59,459 nt of DNA from the NCBI GenBank assembly GCA_038241205.1, contig JBBRFY010000001.1:1-59459 (forward strand), given 5' to 3'. The position numbers and the translations under genes were made by a program. The number at the start of each line of letters is the position of its first letter. The stretch's first letter is position 1. Under the pieces are notes generated by a model that was given only the letters and a program-made list of their open reading frames with translations, did not search any database and was not told the origin of the DNA. The DNA is from Cytophagales bacterium. GTDB taxonomy: Bacteria; Bacteroidota; Bacteroidia; Cytophagales; Cyclobacteriaceae. Shown here one piece after another: positions 30,658 to 40,584 of the stretch.

Positions 30658-30858
30658 AGTAAATCACAAAATGGAATCGTAGAGGTAACGAAAAAACACT
30701 TCATGCCATCCGTCTACTACAAAGGCAGATTGATGATAGGATATTTAATGGACGTTAAAGGAATGACCTACACAGAAATATTAAAAGATACAAGAAGCGA
30801 AGATGAACTACTTCAAGAGATGATACGCCCAACTTTGAACGTTGAACCTCGAACTTAA
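30658..30858 (+). pseudogene. Probable 3' remnant of an unidentified gene
   Basis: Open frame SKSQNGIVEVTKKHFMPSVYYKGRLMIGYLMDVKGMTYTEILKDTRSEDELLQEM..., preceded by an in-frame stop. Confidence 0.45.
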
Positions 30859-30861
30859 AAT

Positions 30862-32595
30862 TCAATACCTCCAACTCTCAACATCTGCATTCTTCGGAGC
30901 ACTCTCTTCAATACGTTTCAAAATCTTAGGTAAATACATTGTGTTATAGCGCAAGCGGGAAATGTAATTCGGATTTTCCTGATCACCATTCCAGCAATGC
31001 TCTGCACGATCTCCATAATCGACTTCACCTTTATAAAACGGATTGTTCGTTTTCTTTAAAAAATCTTCCATAAGATACACGGCATTGTTGAGGTAGTAAT
31101 TATCCATATCACCACAATAGATATGAATTTTACCTTCAAGTTTTGGCCCCAATGTTTTCCAATCGCGTTCGAGCATGTAACGTAAATCATAATGCTCTTT
31201 CCAATAGTTCGCAACAGTCGGATCAATTTCACCCGTTACCTTATCAAAAATTCGTTTCGGATATCCGTCCTCGCCTTGCGGAGAATACACGGCCTCCCAT
31301 ATATCCCATTGTTGTCCGGAGCGGCTTTTGGTTCCGAGTGCTAATTCGTAATAATTATCTTCTTCAACGGTAGATTGAATTTGGCCAAGGTAATTTCGGT
31401 GTGCCGGTCTTGGCAGTTTTTTAAATTCGCTATCATACCAATATGCATTCTTGTCTTTATACAAATCAACCAAACTGTATGCACGAAAATCAACGGGGTC
31501 GGGACAGGCCGCAAAGCATCCATTAAATTCGTCAGGATAAAACATTTGAACTGCAAGCGCTTCCCATCCTCCGGTGGATCCGCCATAGGTAAAGCGCGCC
31601 CATCCTTCACCAATGCCACGAAACTTTTTTTCAATTTCTGGAATTAGTTCCTGCATAATGGCATCACCATACGGCCCAAGGTTGGCTGAGTTCACAGCAT
31701 ACGAATCATCATAATACGGATTGGCGTGTTGAATTTCAATGATCAGAAAGCGTGGAAAATTTTTGCTTGTCCATTGCTTGTAGAAGTTGTATGCCTCTTG
31801 AATCTCGAATTTTTTATAACCATAAACTCCGAAGCGCTCTATGTAATCCGTTGTGTCCATATTCACATCGGGAGCGGTTTCACTAAATCCACCAAAGTCT
31901 TCGGGGAAATGCCCGTGATTAACCATCAATGGATAATGCGCGTTTGGATGTTCGTCAAATCCTTCAGGCAATAGCACGTGTGCACCAAGAAACATTGGCT
32001 TACCCCAAAACGCGGTGAGCAACTTGCTTTGAATTTTAATATGCTTGATGTACTTCGTATCCTTCGGTTCAACAACAGGCAGAATCTTTTGATCCATTGA
32101 AATATTAATCACTTGTTCTTTTGTTTGGTCAATGTTTACTTTAATTGGCTTGCTGTAAAAATTTCCTGGCTTGCTGTGCCATTGTTGTCCTTCACCCTGA
32201 TCGGGAGGAAGCTTTACCGTTTGGCCGGTTTTTAAGTTGAACGTTTCATATCTATTAATGAGTGCCTGAACAAAATACTCGCCTGCTGGAATCTCACCTA
32301 TGTTTTGTTTCGGGAAACCGAATGCTGAATCATCAAATTTAATTTCTTCTCCAGCCTTCATACCTTCTACGTCCATACCAAAAACCAATTGAGTCGACAG
32401 CCCATTATTAATTTGAAACCGAGGTTCGGTTGTTTCATTCGTTGCCAACAATAGAAGCAACCTTCCGTCTTGTGCCGCATCGCTCATTTCCTTTGTAAAC
32501 GAAATTGAGAATTTCACTTTTAGTGATTCTTGTTTGGTTGGCGAGCATTGAACGCTGATGATAAGTACCAAAAGAAGAGGCAGTAATTTTTTCAT
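30862..32595 (-). CDS. Lipoprotein alpha/beta hydrolase (esterase family)
   Basis: Lipobox SVQC; nucleophile elbow GGSTGG; YCGDMD; AEHCW. Confidence 0.8.
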   Translation of the reverse strand: MKKLLPLLLVLIISVQCSPTKQESLKVKFSISFTKEMSDAAQDGRLLLLLATNETTEPRFQINNGLSTQLVFGMDVEGMKAGEEIKFDDSAFGFPKQNIGEIPAGEYFVQALINRYETFNLKTGQTVKLPPDQGEGQQWHSKPGNFYSKPIKVNIDQTKEQVINISMDQKILPVVEPKDTKYIKHIKIQSKLLTAFWGKPMFLGAHVLLPEGFDEHPNAHYPLMVNHGHFPEDFGGFSETAPDVNMDTTDYIERFGVYGYKKFEIQEAYNFYKQWTSKNFPRFLIIEIQHANPYYDDSYAVNSANLGPYGDAIMQELIPEIEKKFRGIGEGWARFTYGGSTGGWEALAVQMFYPDEFNGCFAACPDPVDFRAYSLVDLYKDKNAYWYDSEFKKLPRPAHRNYLGQIQSTVEEDNYYELALGTKSRSGQQWDIWEAVYSPQGEDGYPKRIFDKVTGEIDPTVANYWKEHYDLRYMLERDWKTLGPKLEGKIHIYCGDMDNYYLNNAVYLMEDFLKKTNNPFYKGEVDYGDRAEHCWNGDQENPNYISRLRYNTMYLPKILKRIEESAPKNADVESWRY

Positions 32596-32820
32596 TCGTA
32601 AAGATTTAGAATGGAAGTTACCGTATTAGGAAAGGTAATCTTGTGCGTTTTATACAAGCGGCTTTTGGCGCGATGAAAGTATCTCGAAAAATACTGTAAA
32701 AATAAGCATCATATCATGCTACGAGATTTTCTCCATTCAGTAAAATATTTTAATAGTTACAACAAATTGAAATAAGCCCAAAATAATGGAGAAGGTAAAT
32801 AAAAATTTTTAGAAATTCCC

Positions 32821-33579
32821 TTAACTGATTCGCAGTGGTAGCGTCACTGTAAACACACTGCCTGTTCCTTCTGTAGTTACATAATGCAGAGTTCCTTTAA
32901 TTTTATCCAACATCAGTTTAACAATAAGCAACCCTAAGCCTGTGCTGCTTTCGCCTGATGTGGGCAATGCCGAAAGTTTTTGAAACTTACCGAACATTTT
33001 TTTCTGATCGTCTTTCGTAAACCCTCTTGCTTCATCTTTAACAGCGATTGATGCACCTTGCGATGTACTTTCCAACGTTACATATACAGTCTTACCTTTC
33101 GGAGAAAACTTAACGGCATTGGATATTAAATTTTCTACTGAGCGAACCACGCAATGATGATCGGATTGAATGATAAGCGATGCGGGCGATTCAAAAACGA
33201 GATCAATATTCTTTTTTGAGGCTAAGGTAAAATAATGGCGAGCAACGGGGCGAATAATTTGAGCAAGATCCATTTCTTCAATAAGGATCTCTATGCTTTT
33301 GTATTCCAGATTTCGATAGTCGACAAGGTTGTGAATCATACCTAAACCATCCGCAACAACGAGGTGCATTTTTGAAAGGTAATTGAGTTGGTCGGGTGTT
33401 AAATTTTCTCCATCCATTTGCAAAAGCTGCACCAAGGCAAACACACGGTTCAACGGCCCTTTAATGTCGTGCGAAACCAAACTTATAATTTGCTGTTTCT
33501 CACGCGTAAGTTCATCAACCTGTCGCTGCAGAGAATCAATTTTTTCTTGTGCTGACGGCTCCAGAATCTCACCTTCCAT
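32821..33579 (-). CDS. Soluble histidine kinase lacking a sensor domain
   Basis: SHDIKGP, NLISNAVKFS, STGLGL; only a short coiled coil before the H-box. Confidence 0.88.
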   Translation of the reverse strand: MEGEILEPSAQEKIDSLQRQVDELTREKQQIISLVSHDIKGPLNRVFALVQLLQMDGENLTPDQLNYLSKMHLVVADGLGMIHNLVDYRNLEYKSIEILIEEMDLAQIIRPVARHYFTLASKKNIDLVFESPASLIIQSDHHCVVRSVENLISNAVKFSPKGKTVYVTLESTSQGASIAVKDEARGFTKDDQKKMFGKFQKLSALPTSGESSTGLGLLIVKLMLDKIKGTLHYVTTEGTGSVFTVTLPLRIS

Positions 33580-33636
33580 GCATATCTTATTTGATTGAAA
33601 GAAAGGTAATCATCAAAACGGAAAATGAATTGCAAT

Positions 33637-34176
33637 TTAGAACCGCACGCGGATTTCGTCTTTGTAATGCACTGGCACCCGGATGGGAAGGCCTTTATAA
33701 TTTATCCAAATACTGCCTTTGTACTCAACATGAAATTTTTTTCCACCTAAAAACCCAAGAATTGTATCCATGATGCCGAGCTCCTTCATGGCGAGTTTTA
33801 CCTCAAGCGGAATGGTGAACTCGCCATTGGCTGGTATCAACAATCGCATTTTTTGGTTAACGTTTGCTACCTTCTTTTCATTTACATACACATCAACATT
33901 AATGCGTTTAAGTTTCATCCTAATGTTATTCGGGTTGTAAAAAATTGCCTGCGCCTTTAACATTGGGTCAGTCGTGCCATCCACTACTACATCTTTTATT
34001 TTCCGTAGCACAATATTTTCTTTCGGCCCACAACTAAACAGGAGGTTGGATAAAATGAGAACGGTTAGGATGAATGTGAGGCGTTTTCCAATCTGCTTAT
34101 AGTTGTTAGTTGATGGTTGATCGTTGCTGGTATTACCACCATACTTTATCACTCCGGTTAACTCTTCCTGCTTCAT
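33637..34176 (-). CDS. LEA type 2 / WHy family lipoprotein (start uncertain)
   Basis: LFSC lipobox; FYNPN; IPANGEFTIPL. Confidence 0.8.
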   Translation of the reverse strand: MKQEELTGVIKYGGNTSNDQPSTNNYKQIGKRLTFILTVLILSNLLFSCGPKENIVLRKIKDVVVDGTTDPMLKAQAIFYNPNNIRMKLKRINVDVYVNEKKVANVNQKMRLLIPANGEFTIPLEVKLAMKELGIMDTILGFLGGKKFHVEYKGSIWINYKGLPIRVPVHYKDEIRVRF

Positions 34177-34179
34177 ACC

Positions 34180-34246
34180 CTTAAACTTTAAACCTTGAAC
34201 CTTAAACCTTGAACCTTCTTTAAACTCGAAACCTTAAACCTTGAAC
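34180..34246. repeat. Heptamer tandem repeat TT(A/G)AAC(C/T)
   Basis: TTAAACT TTAAACC TTGAACC TTAAACC TTGAACC... Confidence 0.8.
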
Positions 34247-34282
34247 GATGCATTATAGACATTCTATTTCTAAATTTGTTAC

Positions 34283-34885
34283 ATGGATTCAGTTTTTAAT
34301 GCAATTGCCGATGGACTCGCTGAAGAGGGTTATGCGGTGGTCGATCAGTTTTTAAGTTACAAGGAAGTAAACGCAATTTTAGAACTTGAGGAATTTAAAA
34401 ATGGCGTTACTCAATTTAAAAAAGCTGGTGTAGGTAAGAATCAACAACTTCAAATTAACGAATCCGTTCGGGGCGATTACATTCATTGGCTTGACAAAAC
34501 CACTGCGCCATCTGCCACAAAAATATATTTGGATCGACTAAGTGACCTCGCGCTTTTTTTAAACCAAAATTTATTTCTTAGTCTCAAAGATTACGAAGTG
34601 CACATGACGATCTATCCTGCCGGATCTTTTTATAAACGCCATCTCGATCAGTTTAAAAAAGACGACCACCGAAAATTATCTATAATCTGCTATTTAAATA
34701 ACGACTGGCAAGAAGAGCATGGCGGGCAACTTCGCATTTACCTTAAAGACGGAACAAAAGATTTTCTTCCACTTGCCGGACGATTAATCTGTTTTCGCAG
34801 CGACCAACTTGAGCACGAAGTATTGGTAGCAAATCGTGACCGCTTAAGTTTAACAGGGTGGATGTTGGATCAGTATATTATGTAA
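34283..34885 (+). CDS. 2OG-Fe(II) oxygenase, prolyl-hydroxylase (SM-20/EGLN)-like
   Basis: RGDYIHW, YKRHLD (HxD), YLN.DW..GGQL, HEV..R.SLTGW; TAAATTTG -7 element upstream. Confidence 0.9.
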   Translation: MDSVFNAIADGLAEEGYAVVDQFLSYKEVNAILELEEFKNGVTQFKKAGVGKNQQLQINESVRGDYIHWLDKTTAPSATKIYLDRLSDLALFLNQNLFLSLKDYEVHMTIYPAGSFYKRHLDQFKKDDHRKLSIICYLNNDWQEEHGGQLRIYLKDGTKDFLPLAGRLICFRSDQLEHEVLVANRDRLSLTGWMLDQYIM

Positions 34886-34977
34886 TGTTCCAGGTTCAAT
34901 GTTCCAGGTTCAATAAAGAGGATCATTCCATTGAGATTCGATCAAAACATTGAACTTTGAACATTGAACACTAAAAC
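34886..34977. repeat. Inverted pair of heptamer arrays
   Basis: GTTCCAG GTTCAAT x2 facing ATTGAAC TTTGAAC ATTGAAC. Confidence 0.7.
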
Positions 34978-35040
34978 GATTAATTCTTTATCAATAATTA
35001 TAACTTGCGTTTCAAATCAAACCGCTATAAAAAAACCATC

Positions 35041-35511
35041 ATGAAGTCTTATTTCTTAAAACTGTATCAGTACAATTATTGGTCGAATGCGCGCGTGCTC
35101 AAAAAACTTAAAGAGCAGAATTTAAGCGATGAAAAAATCCTCACCATTATGGGGCATATTGTTGCCGCTCAGTTTCTGTGGCTGCATCGCATAAAAGGAT
35201 TAGCGCCCGCCCCAGTAAAACTTTGGGGAGAATATACATTCGATCAGCTTTTTGATATGGCCGAAAATATTGGTAAGCAATGGTTAGAATTTGTAGAAAG
35301 TACAGATGACTTCAATCGCGAGTTGAGTTACAACAATTACACGAACGATCCCTATATAAATAATGTCGAAACGATTATGATTCATTTGGTAAATCATTCA
35401 TCTTATCATCGTGCTCAAATTGCCTTGCTTCTTCGTCAAAAAGGATTTGAACCAATCAATACCGACTTCATTACCTATGATAGAGTATTGCGTGGACAGT
35501 GGAAGGAGTAA
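35041..35511 (+). CDS. DinB/YfiT family protein
   Basis: YNYWSN, HIVAA..W..R, HLVNHSSYHRAQ, TDFI. Confidence 0.9.
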   Translation: MKSYFLKLYQYNYWSNARVLKKLKEQNLSDEKILTIMGHIVAAQFLWLHRIKGLAPAPVKLWGEYTFDQLFDMAENIGKQWLEFVESTDDFNRELSYNNYTNDPYINNVETIMIHLVNHSSYHRAQIALLLRQKGFEPINTDFITYDRVLRGQWKE

Positions 35512-35561
35512 TGTGCATATTGTCAATTTATCAATGAGCAAATGGTTGTTGCCTAAAACTT

Positions 35562-35954
35562 TTGACTGCATTATCATATGCAGGCCCAAGTGCAAAGTTG
35601 GCACTATTGGTTGGTGTTTTTGGCGAAGGCAATCTTGATGCATCACTCAATGCAGGAAAACAAGCAACGGCATGTGTAATGTATTATGGTATGCCAGTAG
35701 ATGATGTTGAGAAATTAAAAACTCTGAATTGCGATGTGCTCAACTTCTGGCCGACTCAATACAAGTATATCAAAAACGATGTGATGAACAAGTTTGAAGC
35801 GAACATGAAAGCAGCGGGCAAGAATCTTACCGTTAAACCGTATGAAGTTGATCACGCTTTTGCCAACCCAAGTAACTCGATGGGATACAACGAAGCAGCA
35901 GCAAACGATGCCTACCAAAATACACTTGCATTCTTTAAGGCAAGATTGAAATAG
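35562..35954 (+). pseudogene. 5'-truncated, frameshifted dienelactone hydrolase
   Basis: Nucleophile motif KVGTIGWCF lies in a different frame from YYGMP...HAFANPS..YN.AAA.DAY; N-terminal half absent. Confidence 0.8.
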
Positions 35955-36007
35955 ATTGTAGAAGTAAATCGGAAATAAAAAGTCAGGTTAACGCTTAACT
36001 TTTTTAT

Positions 36008-37657
36008 TTACTCCCAGATCACAACTGCGCTTTGAGAATACCATTCCGGATATTTCGGCAAATGTATTTTCTCTACCTCATTGCGTTTCACCTTCATGGT
36101 AGGTGTCATCAACCCGTTGGTGATGGTCCACTCATCTTTTATGACTACAGCTTTCTTTAAATGTTCATAATGTTCAAGAGTAGGATTTATTTCTTCCAAC
36201 GATTTAGACAGACTTCTTGTAATTTCTTCTTTCGATTTCGACTTACCAACAGCCGACAAATTTAGTAATACAATCGGCTGTGGAATGCCCATACCAACCA
36301 CACATACTTGCTCAATATCAGTGTTGTTCATTAACTTCATTTCGATAGGCGCAGGCGAAATATATTTTCCTTTATCTGTTTTAAATAAATCTTTAACGCG
36401 ACCCGTAATAGTTAAAAATCCGTCAGCATCTAGTTTACCTTGGTCGCCAGTTCGCAAATATCCATCAGCCGTCATTACCTCGGCAGTCATTTCTGGTTCC
36501 TTGTAATATCCTAACATGAGCGCAACATGCCGGGTTAAAATTTCATCATCATCCGAGAATCGAACCTCCACACTATCCATTGCTTGGCCAACCGTGCCAA
36601 AGCGAACTTCTTTTTGATTGGCATGTGATAACGCACAATTTTCCGTCATGCCGTAAATCTCGCGCATGCGAATACCTAATTTATCAAACCACTGAAGCAA
36701 TGATATAGGTATTGGTGCAGCTGCAGTGCCTTTCAAGCCAGCTTTAGAAAGACCCAGTTTTTTTGTGATGCTCTTTTTAACAATCGTACTGATGATAGGG
36801 ATTTTTAAAAGTATATCTAGTTTTTTCTGCGGCATCTTTTCTAAAATCTTTTCCTGAAACTTTGCCCAAATGCGTGGCACGCCAAAAAATAAATCAGGCT
36901 GAACTGATTCTAAATCTTTCGCAAAAGTTTCAAGCGATTCTACAAAAGAAATGCTAGCACCTGTATAACACGCTAACATTTCTGTGAGGTTGCGCTCCGC
37001 GATATGACAAAGCGGTAGGTAAGAAAAAAGTCGTGGATGTTTTGGAAGTGTTTCCCACTTGCGCAAATATTCTATTAGAATTTCTGTAGTATGATCAAAT
37101 GCTATTGAATTAAACATAACACCTTTGGGGACACCCGTTGTTCCGGAAGTATACATTATGGTAAGCAATTCCTCTGCACTTCGCTCTACCGCATGGTGAA
37201 GCGAGGCATGTGTATCCACTATTTCTTCCCACAAAAGACCTTCATGAATTCCATAGAGTGATGCACTTATTTTTTGAACCGAATCTGGAATACCTTTCTT
37301 CTGAACTTCATAATCATCCAGCTTGCCTACAAAAATTGCTGCCGATTCGCTGTGTTCCAAAATTTGTTTAATAGAAGATGCTGAGCTATTGGCGTATAAT
37401 GGAATTGATATATTACCCGACATCATAATGGCAAGGTCGGCCATAATCCAATGCGCACAATTTTTTGAAAGGATAGCAATTTTTGATTTCGATGGAAATG
37501 CAGAAAACGCGCTTGCCAGTATGCGAATTTCCTTTCCGGCTTCTTGATACGTCCACGTTTTCCATTCTTTATTTATTGGCTGTCGGAAAAAGATATTTTG
37601 AGGCGTTGTTTTTTCCCAATGGAAAAATTTTTGAAGAGGCGATGAAGTTGTGCTCAC
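36008..37657 (-). CDS. Long-chain acyl-CoA synthetase (AMP-binding)
   Basis: YTSGTTGVPKG, YGMTE, RTGDQG, TGRVKDLFKT..GKYI.P, TPTMKVKR. Confidence 0.93.
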   Translation of the reverse strand: MSTTSSPLQKFFHWEKTTPQNIFFRQPINKEWKTWTYQEAGKEIRILASAFSAFPSKSKIAILSKNCAHWIMADLAIMMSGNISIPLYANSSASSIKQILEHSESAAIFVGKLDDYEVQKKGIPDSVQKISASLYGIHEGLLWEEIVDTHASLHHAVERSAEELLTIMYTSGTTGVPKGVMFNSIAFDHTTEILIEYLRKWETLPKHPRLFSYLPLCHIAERNLTEMLACYTGASISFVESLETFAKDLESVQPDLFFGVPRIWAKFQEKILEKMPQKKLDILLKIPIISTIVKKSITKKLGLSKAGLKGTAAAPIPISLLQWFDKLGIRMREIYGMTENCALSHANQKEVRFGTVGQAMDSVEVRFSDDDEILTRHVALMLGYYKEPEMTAEVMTADGYLRTGDQGKLDADGFLTITGRVKDLFKTDKGKYISPAPIEMKLMNNTDIEQVCVVGMGIPQPIVLLNLSAVGKSKSKEEITRSLSKSLEEINPTLEHYEHLKKAVVIKDEWTITNGLMTPTMKVKRNEVEKIHLPKYPEWYSQSAVVIWE

Positions 37658-37815
37658 GGATTATTCGTTAGGTGGTAGTTAAGATTTGCGCGGAAAATTT
37701 TTTTAATACATTTAAAATAGAAAAAAGAAAATACCTTTCACTAATTTCTTCTTTCACACTCTCTAAAAGTAGTCTTTTTGTATTCGTTTGTCAACAGCAA
37801 TCCCTAAGTTGCGTC

Positions 37816-40536
37816 ATGAGCCAATCAAATAAAAAACTGTTTCTTCTCGATGCTTATGCTTTGATTTATCGCGCGCATTGTGCATTCGCTAAAACGCCAC
37901 GTATCAATTCAAAAGGCATTAACACCTCTGTGCCGTTTGGTTTTACCAATACCTTGCTGGAGGTTTTACACAAACAGAAACCTACGCACATTGGCATCGC
38001 ATTCGACACAGCGGCCAAAACGTTTCGCGATGAAATTTTCACCGAGTATAAAGCAAACCGGCAGGAAACTCCCGAAGACATTCGAAGTGGCATTCCAAAA
38101 GTTAAAGAGATCATCAGGGGCTTTAACATTCCTATTCTAGAATTAGATGGCTATGAAGCCGATGATATTATTGGAACTATAGCAACGCATGCTGCGACCC
38201 AAGGCTTTGATGTCTACATGATGACACCCGATAAAGATTACGGACAAATTGTAAAAGAAAATGTTTGGTTGTACAAACCTGCCTACCTCGGAAATGCTGT
38301 TGACATTATGGGGCCAAAAGAAGTGTGCGAAAAATGGGATGTTGACAATGTCAATCAGGTAATTGATATGCTTGGATTGCAAGGCGATACGTCTGATAAC
38401 ATACCGGGCATTCCGGGGTTCGGCCCTAAAACTGCTGCCGTGTTATTGAAGAAGTATGGATCGATTGAAAATATTATCACGCATGCGGATGAACTAAAAG
38501 GAAAGCAAAAAGAACTGGTGAAACAATATGGTGATCAAGCACTCTTGTCTAAAAAACTTGCTACAATTGTAATTGATGTACCCGTTGCTTTCGAAGAAAA
38601 AGATCTTGAATACTCAGGTCCAAATGTTGATGTGCTAAAACCTATTTTTGATGCGCTCGAATTTAAAACCATTGCGGCACGTGCCTTTAGCGAAGCGAGC
38701 TCAACAACAATTGCGACACCTCAATCGGTGCAAAGTCCTCAACTCTCCATGTTCGCACAAGGCAATGATGCCGAGCCAATAGCGGCAGAACGAAAAAACA
38801 GATCGTCAAAAGAGGTTGAATACCTACAGATAGAAGATGATGCGCAACTTGCCACGCTTGTAAAAAAATTAAAATCACAATCCTTTTTTTCAATTGATTC
38901 CGTTACAGATGAAGTTCCCAATTTCGATTTTCATTTAAAAGGTCTTTCCTTTTCTTGCAAAGAGAATGAAGCGTATTTTATTTTGTGCAAAGATGGAAAG
39001 GTTGAAGATGCCCTTAAATCCGTTTTAGAGGAAAGCACAATATCGAAAGTTGGTCACAACATTAAAGCAACCATGCTGGCATTAAAAAAAGCAGGTGTTG
39101 AATTGAAAGGAAAATTGTTTGATGTGATGCTGGCGCATTATCTTATTGAACCCGAAGCTGCGCACGACCTTGAAATTTTATGTGCGCAGTATTTGCACTA
39201 TGAACTTCTTCCAAAAGATCATGCTGATGTAAAAGAAAGATTGTGTGAACGTGCTGATCATCTTTATCAATTGCGCGGAAAAATACAACCAGAATTAGAG
39301 AAAAGACGTCATGCAAAACTTATGACCGATACTGAAATGCCATTGGTAACGGTACTAGCCGCCATGGAATTTGAAGGCGTGAAAATAGATGTTGACGCGT
39401 TGGCTAAAATGTCGAAAGCGTTGCGCGCTGATAGTGAACTTGTTCAAAAAGAAATTTTCAAACTTGCCGGCACAGAATTTAACATCGGTTCACCCAAGCA
39501 ATTGGGCGAAGTGTTGTTTGATAAAATGAAGTTGATCGACAAACCAAAGAAAACAAAGACGGGTCAATACGCAACGGGTGAAGATGTTTTGCAAGGGCTA
39601 ACCGAACATGCTATCGCAAAAAAAATATTAGACTATCGTGAATACGAAAAACTTCGTTCTACTTATGTTGATGCGCTTCCGCGGATGATCAGCAAAACCG
39701 ATGGAAGAATACATACCGACTATCGTCAGGCGGTAGCCGCAACGGGCAGGTTGAGTTCGAACAATCCAAACTTACAGAACATACCGATTCGTACTGAGAA
39801 AGGTAAGTTGATTCGAAAGGCGTTTGTATCGCGTGGAGAAGATTACCTTTTTATGTCTGCCGATTATTCTCAAATCGAATTGCGCATTGCAGCATCTTTT
39901 GCAAAAGATGAAACTATGATCGAAGCATTTCGCAACGGCCGCGACATTCACACAACAACTGCAGCCAAAGTTTTTAAAGTAGAACTTGCCAGCGTTACTC
40001 CGGATATGAGGCGCAAAGCAAAAGAAGTAAACTTCGGAATTCTATATGGAAGCACAGCCTTTGGCCTATCGCAGAACTTAGGCATATCAAGAACAGAAGC
40101 AGCAGAAATTATTCAATCGTACTTCACCGAGTTTTCAGCGATCAAACGCTACATGGATGATTCGATTAACACGGCACGCGAAAAAGAGTATGTCGAAACC
40201 ATTTTAGGAAGACGCAGATACTTACGTGATATTAATTCGCGCAACCAAACAACAAGAGGATTTGCCGAACGCAATGCCATTAACGCGCCCATACAAGGAA
40301 GCGCGGCTGACATTATTAAAATTGCGATGGTGAACATTCACCGTTGGATGGAGAAAGAAAATCTCAAATCGAAAATGACCATGCAAGTGCATGATGAATT
40401 GGTATTTGATGTTCACAAAAGCGAAGTTGAAAAGTTAAAAGAGCATGTTGTGAATCTGATGAAACATGCAGTACATCTGGAAGTACCTATGGAAGTAGAG
40501 GTGGGCGTTGGATTAAATTGGTTGGAAGCGCATTGA
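37816..40536 (+). CDS. polA: DNA polymerase I
   Basis: LLDAYALIYRA 5'-3' exonuclease; TGRLSSNNPNLQNIP, ADYSQIELR, AKEVNFGILYG, QVHDELVF; ATG at 37816 preferred over the GTG at 37672. Confidence 0.98.
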   Translation: MSQSNKKLFLLDAYALIYRAHCAFAKTPRINSKGINTSVPFGFTNTLLEVLHKQKPTHIGIAFDTAAKTFRDEIFTEYKANRQETPEDIRSGIPKVKEIIRGFNIPILELDGYEADDIIGTIATHAATQGFDVYMMTPDKDYGQIVKENVWLYKPAYLGNAVDIMGPKEVCEKWDVDNVNQVIDMLGLQGDTSDNIPGIPGFGPKTAAVLLKKYGSIENIITHADELKGKQKELVKQYGDQALLSKKLATIVIDVPVAFEEKDLEYSGPNVDVLKPIFDALEFKTIAARAFSEASSTTIATPQSVQSPQLSMFAQGNDAEPIAAERKNRSSKEVEYLQIEDDAQLATLVKKLKSQSFFSIDSVTDEVPNFDFHLKGLSFSCKENEAYFILCKDGKVEDALKSVLEESTISKVGHNIKATMLALKKAGVELKGKLFDVMLAHYLIEPEAAHDLEILCAQYLHYELLPKDHADVKERLCERADHLYQLRGKIQPELEKRRHAKLMTDTEMPLVTVLAAMEFEGVKIDVDALAKMSKALRADSELVQKEIFKLAGTEFNIGSPKQLGEVLFDKMKLIDKPKKTKTGQYATGEDVLQGLTEHAIAKKILDYREYEKLRSTYVDALPRMISKTDGRIHTDYRQAVAATGRLSSNNPNLQNIPIRTEKGKLIRKAFVSRGEDYLFMSADYSQIELRIAASFAKDETMIEAFRNGRDIHTTTAAKVFKVELASVTPDMRRKAKEVNFGILYGSTAFGLSQNLGISRTEAAEIIQSYFTEFSAIKRYMDDSINTAREKEYVETILGRRRYLRDINSRNQTTRGFAERNAINAPIQGSAADIIKIAMVNIHRWMEKENLKSKMTMQVHDELVFDVHKSEVEKLKEHVVNLMKHAVHLEVPMEVEVGVGLNWLEAH

Positions 40537-40584
40537 CCATTTGAAGAACCAAAGTTTGTAGTATGGACTAAATCCAAACTATTT

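Noticed and set aside
37672-37815. N-terminal extension of PolA
   Set aside because: Low-complexity promoter-like sequence; homology begins at MSQSNKKLFLLD (37816).
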